Shown here: positions 15,942-27,544 of the stretch, in pieces
How the letters are laid out: each line of letters begins with the position of its first letter
How positions within the stretch are numbered: the first letter of the stretch is position 1
Assembly: GCA_964016885.1 (NCBI GenBank)
Contig: OZ024743.1
Span: 341,930,001-341,994,000, forward strand
Direction: 5' to 3'
DNA length: 64,000 nucleotides
Source: Eledone cirrhosa
Taxonomy: Eukaryota
The notes under the pieces: generated by a model
What the model saw: only the letters and a program-made list of their open reading frames with translations
Databases searched by the model: none
Told to the model about the DNA's origin: nothing
Position numbers and translations under genes: made by a program

Positions 15942-16933
15942 ATATCAAGGTCTAGCAAATAGAGAAAAAGTTTTAAAATAAATTTAAAAAAATTCGCTGT
16001 ACTTACTATATGTGCCTTTACCGCGGTTTCATGCTCCAGAATAAACGGAATTCCAAGCGGATTTCTATTGAGAAGGGAGCAATCTTCAGAAGGCTCTTCT
16101 CCCTCCGAGAATATAAAATTCCCGAGTTCAAATCACAAACTGATGCCATACAAAACCATTTCCAAATGAGAGCGGATGATGAAAGAAACAATTCTGTCTG
16201 GTGCCGTGTGCAAAGACAAAAGACAGGGTGGACAGGTCAATGTCCTGCCACTAGAAATAGCAGCAGTTCAAACGGCCGAAATGTTATTTCTACCTTAGGG
16301 GGAGATCAATAATAATAAAGTATGAATTCCTACGTGTAAAAAATACATATAGGGAAACAAGTATTATCCAACCGTATGTCAATGTGGTACTATGACGGGT
16401 TAATAAATTAACAAGCCAGAACATATAAAATCAAGGTCTAGCAAATAGAGAAAAAGTTTTAAAATAAATTAAAAAAAATTCCCTGTACTTACTATACCGC
16501 CGTTTCCTGCTCCAGAATAAACGTTGACCTGTCCACCCTGCCTTTTGTCTTTGCAAACGGCACCAGACAGAATTATTTCTTTCATCATCCGCTCTCATTT
16601 GGGAATGGTTTTGTATGGCGTCAGTTTGTGATTTGAACTCAAGAATTTTATATTCTCTGAGGGAGAAGAGTGTTCCGAAGACTGCTCCCTTCTCAATAGA
16701 AATCCGCTTGGATTTTCCGTTTATTCTGGAGGATGAAACCGCGGTAAAGGCACATATAGTAAGTACAGCGAATTTTTTAAAATTTATTTTAAAACTTTTT
16801 CTCTATTTGCTAGACCTTGATTTTATATATTCTGGCTTGTTAATTTATTAACCCGCCATAGAACCACATTGGCATACGGTTGGATAATACTTGTTTCCCT
16901 ATATGTATTTTTTACACGTAGGAATTCATACTT

Positions 16934-17021
<88 letters not shown>

Positions 17022-17048
17022 AAGAGAGAGCGCGAGAGAGAGAATGAG

Positions 17049-17094
<46 letters not shown>

Positions 17095-17145
17095 CAATGA
17101 CGTATACTATTTAAAACTACATTATATAATATACAGTTTCCTTTT
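15815..17145. mobile_element. Non-coding fold-back element with HHRs and nested outer inverted repeat
   Basis: 15945-16240 is inverted at 16525-16822, 16312-16430 is inverted at 16822-16938, and outer arms are 15815-15940 / 17020-17145. HHRs at 16014-16094 (-) and 16670-16751 (+). Confidence 0.8.
16014..16094 (-). ncRNA. Type I HHR with large helix II insertion
   Basis: GCCTT-CTGAAGA-T-TGCTCC..38 nt..GGAGCA-T-GAAA-CCGCGG-TA-AAGGC. Palindromic helix III, GUA cleavage triplet. Confidence 0.82.
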
Positions 17146-17217
17146 TATATATATCCTCAAGCGTGAACGTAATACCTAACACCTTTCATAACTGTACTTC
17201 TTGTGTTATTTACGTTT

Positions 17218-17260
<43 letters not shown>

Positions 17261-19730
17261 CAACAAAGAACGCTTAGAACATAGGTATATCTTTAATTGC
17301 TAACAGTGTTTCGTCCACACTATAAGTGGGACTCATCAGAGCATAAAGAGTGAGTACATATTACACAAGCATTAACAAAGCCAAGACAGAAGAATATATA
17401 TGGGGATGCCATAAGTTGGGAGGAGTTTAAAGAGTAGAGTGAATAGAGTGAGATAGTGTAGAAAATAAAATTGGAGGATAAAGAATAGTAAAAAGTAAAA
17501 AATAAACATTGAAGAAATAAAAAATAAACATTGAAAAATAAGCATTGAAAATTAAGAGGTGCTATCACTCGCAGTTGGGCAGGGTGCTGTTAACATACAG
17601 TTACATACAAGCATACGCATAAGCATGAGCACCCGCATGCAACCACACAACAGACAGCCATATGCAACACATATAGTATAGACTAATACAAATAACATAT
17701 CATGGACGAGTATGCAAAAGCTAAGAGATAAATGGTAGATATACAATGGGTAAAAGTAAGATAAACAAAGGATAAAAATAGATTAACCATAGATAAAAAA
17801 TAGATTAACCATGGATAAGAGATAGAGAATAGATAAGGAATAGACAAAAATAGATAAGATAGGTTAGAGTAGATAAAAATAGATAAAAAAATAGATAAAA
17901 AATAGACAAATAATATATATAAAAAATATAAAAAATATATATAAAATATACAGATAATAAAGATAAAGGGTAAAGAATAAAATAAAATAAAATTATATAA
18001 AATAAAATACAATGAAATAAAATAAAATAAAATAAAGTAAAGTGAGATAAGATATATATTTTTTGAATATATCAGGGGCACACGAACGCCTTAAGTGTTA
18101 CAGTTAGCCATATCACAACAATCAAATGCTCAAATGAGATTTATAATTAACAGGTGCTATGTCCACACTCGATTGAGTTGACCATTGCAATGCAATGGAG
18201 ACATCCCAGGTTGGGCAGTCACAGAAGTTCACACTCTAAAGTCACGGGTGTGCATTCATATAGTTGAACGGTGGGGCAATCACAAAAGGTTCACACTCGG
18301 GCAGGAATCTATTGGTCAACAGAAGTATATCCACATCACTAGCAAGGACATATGCAAGGAAGGTAGGTAAATTCACATGCAGCAGCAGGAATATCCATGG
18401 GCAGATAACTGAGTGTCACAACGTCACAAGGTAGCAAGCAAATTCGTTTACATCAACATGAACATCAAGAGGTAGATAAGTGGGCCGAAAGCAAGCAAGT
18501 GCAGGTGGGCTAGCCGAAAGCAAGCAAATACAGTTGGGTTAGGTGGGTTAATATGCTTACCATTTAATATATGAGACTCAACAGCGCACATAAAAAATAG
18601 CTTCAAAAGCCAATATCCATGAAATCACAACATTGAGGCATCCCAAGAATATACACAACAATATGGTTAGTACGTATATACATATACACGCACCACATGC
18701 ATATGCAGAGACGGTATATATATATATACATTTATATATAGACATATATAACCACCTACACTCATACACATATAAATGTATATACAGACATACACGCACA
18801 CACACACAGCGTAGGACACCCGGGTCAAAGCGGATATATTACACAGAAATATCTTATCAGGCTAACAAAAGGCAGAACCCACAACAGTCGCTCACACTGG
18901 TCACAGATAATATATTTTTTTCCCAGCAAAATTAATCAAAATAAATTCTTACGAGGGGATGCAGCAAAATTAATCAAAGTAAATTCTTACGAAGAGATGC
19001 ATGTCCACACGTGTAGTCACCCGATTCAAGTGTAAACAGACCGTTAATAACTACGGAGGGCTATCGGGGCCAAAACGTTATTTTTGGGATAATAACAACG
19101 ACCGTCAATATATGGAAGGCCGATTGTGCTAGAAAGACTACAAACCACCGGGCAAGAGCTCCCCGAAGTCAGCCTGTAGATCTTAAACCACAGAATAGGA
19201 GGGTAACACGTGCATGTGCTACGTATCTACTGCTCACGGCGAGATGGCACAGGTCCACTCACAGTTACAGGCTAGATTTCCATCCCAAATGGGCACAGGT
19301 CACTGGCCCACTCCAAGTCTACAAGGTGATTAAAGTAAACTAAATAAGATAAAACACGAGGGGCAGGTTAAATAAAACCAAATCAATTGTGCATCTTATA
19401 GCGCAGTACACGCTCTACATAGATATATTGCATCATAACTCATGCGCATACAGAGGTACAGATCCGTAAAATACACGTTGGGATAGACCCACCAATGCAC
19501 TAAGGGTGGCTAGGCGAGCGTGGATGGGTCACATCCACTGTGCCAAACAGGGGTGCTTATTAACATACACACCAACTCACCCGTACACCTCAATATCCAG
19601 ATCAATATTCTCCTGCAGGCATACATATACACACACAGACTCATATACATAGAAGACAAACAATAGGAAACAATTACACACAATAAGAGACAGTTACACA
19701 AGATAGCCCAACTGGAGAATTAAGAAAGTG

Positions 19731-20496
19731 CTAGCTAATAGGTTTAAAGTAGAAGAAAGAGCTTAATATTCGGTGGGGGCAAGAGGAAAATATTTCTGAC
19801 TTTCTGTTTAGTAGAGAGCATTTAGCAAATATAATAGAGTGGGATTCAGTAAGGCATAGGTTACATACTCTATTATGAGGAGTATATGGATGGGATTTAG
19901 CAACCTGACGCCAAGTGAGGGTGTAATGTGTTCGTGCATTTTTTAAGTTGTGGACGTACGCTGCCAAGGAGGTGGAATTCCTCAGTTTATTGTGTCTAAA
20001 AGTGCACTGGTGAGAGTTAAACCTGGTCTTAAAGGGGGTGAAAGTTGATCCTATATAAGTTTTAGTGGACGCCGTAGTTACCACATCACACGCGTAAACT
20101 ATGTTTCTAATAAGGCAGAAACCATTCAGGGGGCAGCCCGAAGCCCTTCTACAGTTACAATTTCTGGTGATGCTATTCTCAGAATGATCACCAGCTTGCT
20201 GACCACGTGTGTCCAGGCTCTCTCTGTCCACTACAGTGTTTTCCCCTAGGCTTAGGTTGTCCAGGCCTTCCTTAATTTTCTTATTATTAGTATTGGCTAG
20301 ATGAGAGGCCAGATTTTGGGTTGTAGAATACGAAAGTTTAACAACATTCTTATTGAGGATAGAGTGGTACCTATTACCAGGAGGGAAGTTCATTTCTAAC
20401 ACAGAGAAGAAGGCCCTAGGAATATTTGTACTCACTTCAGAGTTAAAAGGGGGGTTGAAATATGTATTCAATCTTCTTCTATTCTTTTTATTTCTA

Positions 20497-20531
<35 letters not shown>

Positions 20532-22207
20532 ATTATTATTTCTACGGTTACTATGTTCACCTAATTTATGCGGGGAGCTGCGAGGCCTACCATTGCTATT
20601 ACTTAGACTAATGGTACTCTGCTGGTTCATTTTACCGGCATTTAGAACCCTCCTATTCGAGACACCTCTATTACCAATGGACATATTATGTGTTATAACA
20701 ACACTGGTAGAGCTACTATTAGGACTAATTTCCCTGGGTATAATGCAATTTGTCCCTAAAGCCGGATCTAGCTAAGGCATCATTATAGTAATCAGCCTGC
20801 GAGTTAAACGCCTCTTCGCTATGTGAGAGTGAACTTATTCTGTTAGATACGCCCTTCAATATACCACTGATGACCGACCTAGGGTGGTTAGAGTTGGTAT
20901 TCACGTAAGTCAGCAATTCATTAGGCTTATGGTACGGTGTGTACGTATGGTTATCCAAGTCTAATGTAACATCAAGGAAGTTAACAGTTCTATCGTTTAT
21001 ATCCATCGTAATGGACAGATTAAAGGTTTTAAAGAAACTATGCAGCTTTTTCCTAATGCGCACTATATTATACTTACTAATATCTATGGAGAGTAGGGCG
21101 TCATCCCGGTACAACCCACCCCTAAGGAATGGGAAGTTACTATGTAGTTCATTGAGGAGGTATAGCCCAACTAAGTCAGTGACCTGAGCAGAATCACTTG
21201 AACCCATAGTAATGTCAAAATTATCCGGTGTGTTTTTTCTCGTCCATAGATTATCCTCAAACATGATAATGGTTTTACGTGCAGCGAGAACAATATCTAT
21301 CTGTAGCCGTGTAATTGCCCCTCTCTGCATGGCTAGGATAAGGGCCTTATTGAGGATAATAGGAGATATAGATGTATAATAAGCATCAATATCAAATTGG
21401 ATGAACCTAAGTGAGTCACGACCACAATCCGTAGAGAACCACCTAATGACTTCACTAGTGTTACCCCAAAGCTCAAGGAAAGTTTTTTCTCTAACCAGGG
21501 GAATAATGCTATCTAGGATTCCCTTACTAATAATCCCCAGATCAGACTTGGAGGGGCAGATAAGCCTAACTGAGGGTCTGCTAATAAAATTTTCCTTATG
21601 GTCCTTGAGGGTGAATCTAGGCTGCTTGGTGTAATATGGTTGAGTGTGGTTATCTAGACCTAATTTTACCACTATGTTATACCCCTCCAGATTAATATTA
21701 TCTAAATTACTCTGCGTTGTTTTTTTGTAGTTCCTATGTAGTTCATTATAAATGAATCCACGATAGGTTTTATAATCCATACTATACAAGTTTTTAGTTT
21801 TGTCAGAGGGGACCAGAATGGATTTATTATCCCTAAAGTCCCTAACGATAGAACTTAGTTTACTCTGAAATTTATTGGTACATCTAGATTTTTTATACCT
21901 AATATTCCTAACAAGGGATAATAGCTCACTTTCAAAATTATCCAATAGGCTATTATGCGGGGGGGCTCCTATATGTCTTAAAGCCATAATTATTAAAACT
22001 ACGCTTATCTTCAGGGCTATCATACTTCTTATCAAAATGGAACGCACGCCACCGAACACGTTTTACGAAGGAATTTATGCTAGTTATCAGTAATTTCTCA
22101 TATGAGATTTTAGAGGGGGTGGGAATATTCTTCAAAGAAATGGGTAAGTATGTCTTTGTTAGCATACTGCCTGATAATATACAAGGATTCAAATTCTCGT
22201 ATATCAA
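19731..22207 (-). pseudogene. PLE2 RT + GIY-YIG ORF, intact except two single-base insertions in C runs (~21960 and ~20737)
   Basis: SLKNIP, FVKRVRWRA, PSDKTKNLY, QFDIDAYYTSI, FDITMGSSDSAQVTDLVGLY, GLYRDD, FLDVTLDL, YFNPPF, CNC..CPLNGFC, VYAC...TYIGST..FKTR, CNLCLTE, LLNRKSEIFSSCPH. Confidence 0.93.
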
Positions 22208-24972
22208 AGTTTAAGCTCAACCAATGGGAGCCGTATAGTATATAAGGGAGAGGATTAGGAGTGTGTAACACTCCACTTATCCAATAGGCAGTATAAGGTT
22301 AGCTCGATGTCTGAGGACAGAGCCGTAATATAATTAACAACAAAGAACGCTTAGAACATAGGTATATCTTTAATTGCTAACAGTGTTTCGTCCACACTAT
22401 AAGTGGGACTCATCAGAGCATAAAGAGTGAGTACATATTACACAAGCATTAACAAAGCCAAGACAGAAGAATATATATGGGGATGCCATAAGTTGGGAGG
22501 AAGGTCAGAAATATTTTCCTCTTGCCCCCACCGAATATTAAGCTCTTTCTTCTACTTTAAACCTATTAGCTAGCACTTTCTTAATTCTCCAGTTGGGCTA
22601 TCTTGTGTAATTGTCTCTTATTGTGTGTAATTGTTTCCTATTGTTTGTCTTCTATGTATATGAGTCTGTGTGTGTATATGTATGCCTGCGGGAGAATATT
22701 GATCTGGATATTGAGGTGTACAGGTGAGTTGGTGTGTATGTTAATAAGCACCCCTGTTTGGCACAGTGGATGTGACCCATCCACGCTCGCCTAGCCACCC
22801 TTAGTGCATTGGTGGGTCTATCCCAACGTGTATTTTACGGATCTGTACCTCTGTATGCGCATGAGTTATGATGTAATATATCTATGTAGAGCGTGTACTG
22901 CGCTATAAGATGCACAATTGATTTGGTTTTATTTAACCTGCCCCTCGTGTTTTATCTTATTTAGTTTACTTTAATAACCTTGTAGACTTGGAGTGGGCCA
23001 GTGACCTGTGCCCATTTGGGATGGAAATCTAGCCTGTAACTGTGAGCGGACCTGTGCCATCTCGCCGTGAGCAGTAGATACGTAGCACATGCACGTGTTA
23101 CCCTCCTATTCTGTGGTTTAAGATCTACAGGCTGACTTCGGGGAGCTCTTGCCCGGTGTTGTAGTCTTTCTAGCACAATCGGCCTTCCATATAGTGACGG
23201 TCGTTGTTATTATCCCAAAAATAACGTTTTGGCCCCGATAGCCCTCCGTAGTTATTAACGGTCTGTTTACACTTGAATCGGGTGACTACACGTGTGGACA
23301 TGCATCTCTTCGTAAGAATTTACTTTGATTAATTTTGCTGCATCCCCTCGTAAGAATTTATTTTGATTAATTTTGCTGGGAAAAAAATATATTATCTGTG
23401 ACCAGTGTGAGCGACTGTTGTGGGTTCTGCCTTTTGTTAGCCTGATAAGATATTTCTGTGTAATATATCCGCTTTGACCCGGGTGCCCTACGCTGTGTGT
23501 GTGTGCGTGTATGTCTGTATATACATTTATATGTGTATGAGTGTAGGTGGTTATATATGTCTACATATAAATGTATATATATATATACCGTCTCTGCATA
23601 TGCATGTGGTGTGTGTATATGTATATACGTACTAACCATATTGTTTTGTATATTCTTGGGATGCCTCAATGTTGTGATTTCATGGATATTGGCTTTTGAA
23701 GCTATTTTTTATGTGCGCTGTTGAGTCTCATATATTAAATGGTAAGCATATTAACCCGCCTAACCCAACTGTATTTGCTTGCTTTCGGCTAGCCCACCTG
23801 CACTTGCTTGCTTTCGGCCCACTTATCTGCCTCTTGATGTTCATGTTGATGTAAACGAATTTGCTTGCTACCTTGTGACGTTGTGACACTCAGTTATCTG
23901 CCCATGGATGTTCCTGCTGCTGCATGTGAATTTACCTACCTTCCTTGCATATGTCCTTGCTAGTGATGTGGATATACTTCTGTTGACCAATAGATTCCTG
24001 CCCGAGTGTGAACCTTTTGTGATTGCCCCACCGCTCAACTATATGAATGCACACCCGTGACTTTAGAGTGAGAACTTCTGTGACTGCCCAACCTGGGATG
24101 TTTCCATTGCATTGCAATGGTCAACTCAATCGAGTGTGGACATAGCACCTGTTAATTATAAATCTCATTTGAGCATTTGATTGTTGTGATATGGCTAACT
24201 GTAACACTTAAGGCGTTCGTGTGCCCCTGATATATTCAAAAAATATATATCTTATCTCACTTTACTTTATTTTATTTTATTTTATTTCATTGTATTTTAT
24301 TTTATATAATTTTATTTTATTTTATTCTTTACCCTTTATCTTTATTATCTGTATATTTTATATATATTTTTTATATTTTTTATATATATTATTTGTCTAT
24401 TTTTTATCTATTTTTTATCTATTTTTATCTACTCTTATTTATCTTATCTATTTTTGTATATTCCTTATCTATTCTCTATCTCTTATCCATGGTTAATCTA
24501 TTTTTTATCTATGGTTAATCTATTTTTATCCTTTGTTTATCTTACTTTTACCCATTGTATTTTTACCCATTGTATATCTACCATTTATCTCTTAGCTTTT
24601 GCATACTCGTCCATGATATGTTATTTGTATTAGTCTATACTATATGTGTTGCATATGGCTGCCTGTTGTGTGGTTGCATGCGGGTGCTCATGCTTATGCG
24701 TATGCTTGTATGTAACTGTATGTTAACAGCACCCTGCCCAACTGCGAGTGATAGCACCTCTTAATTTTCAATGCTTATTTTTCAATGTTTATTTTTTATT
24801 TCTTCAATGTTTATTTTTTACTTTTTACTATTCTTTATCCTCCAATTTTATTTTCTACACTATCTCACTCTATTCACTCTACTCTTTAAACTCCTCCCAA
24901 CTTATGGCATCCCCATATATATTCTTCTGTCTTGGCTTTGTTAATGCTTGTGTAATATGTACTCACTCTTTA

Positions 24973-25018
24973 TGCTCTGATGAGTCCCACTTATAGTGTG
25001 GACGAAACACTGTTAGCA
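24973..25018 (+). ncRNA. Type I HHR of the PLE2 pLTR (identical copies at 17298-17343 and 22375-22420, minus)
   Basis: TGCT-CTGATGA-GTCC-CACTTATAGTGT-GGAC-GAAA-CACTG-TT-AGCA. Confidence 0.88.
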
Positions 25019-25180
25019 ATTAAAGATATACCTATGTTCTAAGCGTTCTTTGTTGTTAATTATATTACGGCTCTGTCCTCAGACATCGAGCTAACCTTAT
25101 ACTGCCTATTGGATAAGTGGAGTGTTACACACTCCTAATCCTCTTCCTTATATACTATATATATATATATATATATATAT

Positions 25181-26250
25181 AAATGAAAGGTATAGAAAAT
25201 ATTGTTGCAAGAAGCCAACAGTATTGTATGATATATAAGTGACTAAAATGGGAAAATAGTTAACGTAAGATGTGAGAAAAATATTTCAAACTCAATTCAA
25301 AAAGAATCAGGATATAGATTTATCCAACAGAATTTAGTGAAATCCATGGAAAAAATCAATAGAGCCTTAACTCATGATAAAATAAAGTTTAAAATACTCA
25401 TCCTTCAATTTGGGACAACTACAAATGCTCTATATAGTCTTGAAAAAGACTATTTCACGAAAACTTTCAGTGGAGATGGTCACGGTTGGAATTCGTTCCT
25501 CAGCAGAGCTGAACACGATAGCCAAAATTCTCACTGATCAATATGCCAAAAAGGGAATTTAAAAGCAGACTAGTTTAACATCATGTGTGATTATGAATAT
25601 AAAACGCACATGTGGAAAAACAGGGCTTTTGACGTCAGAACGAGACGAATGTTTGTTTACATGAAACAACAGTCAAAAACATGCCGAAAAAACTCTACAA
25701 TAAGGAGTTCAGCAAAAAGCAATATTATCGCGGTATTTTTTTTTTAAATACCGGGATTACTCACAAATAATTAAAGCAGTAGGAAAGAAATCCGAGTATA
25801 AATATATAAATGAAAGGTATAGAAAGTATTGTAGCAAGAAGCTAACAGTATTCCATAATATATAAGTGACTATAGCGTCAAAATGGGAAAATAGTTAACG
25901 TAAGATGTGGGAAAAATGATTCAAACTCAATTCAAAAAGAATCAGAATATAGATTTATCCAACAGAATTTAGTGAAATCCAGGGAAAAAATCAACAGAGC
26001 CTTAACTCATGATAAAATAAAGTTTAAAATACTCATCCTTCAATTTGGGACAACTACAAATGCTCTGTATAGTCTTGAAAAGACTATTTCACGAAAACTT
26101 TCAGTGGAGATGGTCACGGTTGGAATTCGTTCCACAGCAGACCTCAACACGATAGCCAAAATTCTCACTGATTAATATGCCAAAAAGGGAATTTAAAAGC
26201 AGGCTAGTTTAACATCATGCGTGATAATGAAAATAAAACGCACATGTATA
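25181..26250 (-). mobile_element. ~630-bp tandem non-coding repeat (1.7 units) with one HHR per unit, retrozyme-like
   Basis: Units start at 25181 and 25808. (TA)n on both sides. Confidence 0.75.
25427..25509 (-). ncRNA. Type I HHR with stable helix III (mutated copy at 26062-26143)
   Basis: GCTCTG-CTGAGGA-ACGAA...TTCGT-GAAA-TAGTCTT-TTTC-AAGACTA-TA-TAGAGC. Confidence 0.85.
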
Positions 26251-26254
26251 TATA

Positions 26255-26298
<44 letters not shown>

Positions 26299-26319
26299 GA
26301 TACTGCGAATCCACAACGT

Positions 26320-26987
26320 AAATAGCACAATATAATCAGTATGAATGCACTTTAGCAATTGAAAAATATATTCAGAGAAGTGGAATTCTAACATTTGGCA
26401 AATTGATTAAAGATGGCCTAGAGAACTGGGATAGAAGAGTAGATCAGATGTTTAAGGTAAATGAAGTATGGGATGTCCAGAGGGAGCATATACTAATTGT
26501 TTCTATTTTAGGCACAAGGCCAGCAAATACCCAGTACATTAATGGTACTTTATTTTATCGACCCCGTAAGGATGAAAGGCAAAGTTACCCTCGGCCGGAT
26601 TTGAACTCAGATCGTAAATATGCTGGAATACATGTCCGACCCTCTACCGATACTGCCAATTCACCGCATATAATAATGATAGTATTTTCAAAAGAAGTAG
26701 CATGTTGAAGTATTATATATTTTTCCCCGAGAAAAATAAATGTGTATTTTGATGAAAATAATGGAATATTTGAATTTTTTATTTAATGGACTAATGAGTT
26801 AAACTGATGAAATTACTTTGTCATATAAGGTAAATAGCACAATATAATCAGTATGCACTTAAGCAATTGAAAAATATATTCAGAGAAGTGGAATTTTAAC
26901 ATTTGGAAATTGATTAAAGACGACCACGAGAACAGGGATAGAAGAGTAGATCAGATATTTAAGGTAAATTAAGTATGGGATGTCCAG
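26320..26987. repeat. ~160-bp direct repeat (26320-26480 and 26831-26987) bracketing a SINE
   Basis: Both copies run TAAATAGCACAATATAATCAGTATG...GGGATGTCCAGA. Confidence 0.8.
26495..26667 (-). mobile_element. tRNA-derived SINE
   Basis: Same A/B boxes, central domain and tail as 12478-12664. Confidence 0.88.
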
Positions 26988-27234
26988 ACACATTACTTGA
27001 GCTATAAATACTTACCAATACAGACGCAAAAAACATGTAGTCATGTTCAGTATGTGATGTGAATGGGTGGGTGTAGAAACACATACATGAAAACATATAC
27101 ATATTACCTCACAAACTCACGGAGGCATCAAACGAATGCTCTTGTAGTTCACTAAAGCACACAGACACAAACCCATACCCACATACAAGTATATATATAT
27201 TATTATTATTATTATTATAATTATTATTATTATT

Positions 27235-27525
27235 GTTTATATATATATATATATATGTTTCTATGTCTTTTTTCTTTTTCGTTTCTTATATAAATAATAA
27301 AAATCTTTACACCCACAAACCCACATTGTACTGTCCTGTACCGTCCGGTGCCGTCTGTAATGTTTTTCTTGATAACAGCCCTTGTGGCCAATAAAGAAAT
27401 CATTATTATTATTATAATGCACTGGGTAATTGATGGCCTTGTGGCAGAAGTAGAAACAATTATTATTATTATTGTTCTAAATTCCCACAGCACCTTCACC
27501 TTATCGTTTTCCATCACCGACTCTG
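27235..27525. mobile_element. Cluster of tiny retroelement ends in (ATT)n: L1/Tx1 3' end (to ~27400, +), SINE tail (27415-27462, +), R4 fragment (27475-27525, -)
   Basis: GCCCTTGTGGCCAATAAAGAAA, GGCCTTGTGGCAGAAGTAGAAAC and the peptide ENDKVKVLWEF, each separated by ATT repeats. Confidence 0.65.
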
Positions 27526-27544
27526 ATTATTATTATTATTATTA

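Larger units (their letters stand above)
17252..25158 (-). mobile_element. Neptune-type Penelope-like element (PLE2) with ~2.5-kb pLTR, short tandem pLTR and 2.65-kb inverted pLTR
   Basis: ORF 22207->19731. 22330-22500 directly repeats 17252-17425. 22501-25158 is the reverse complement of 19803->17252 plus 22330->22232. (TA)n at both ends. Confidence 0.93.

Noticed and set aside
20725-20740. Slippery-like G GGA AAT before the stop between PLE2 RT and endonuclease (programmed frameshift?)
   Set aside because: A -1 shift hits TAA within about 12 codons, and the needed shift is +1. PLE1 has no equivalent site. One extra C explains it.
19731-22207. Selenoprotein-type recoding as reported for some Naiad PLEs
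   Set aside because: There is no in-frame TGA in the PLE2 ORF, and the domain order is RT then EN.
17683-24996. Duplicated hydrophobic ORFs in the PLE2 arms
   Set aside because: Low-complexity T-rich UTR sequence, duplicated only because of the inverted pLTR.
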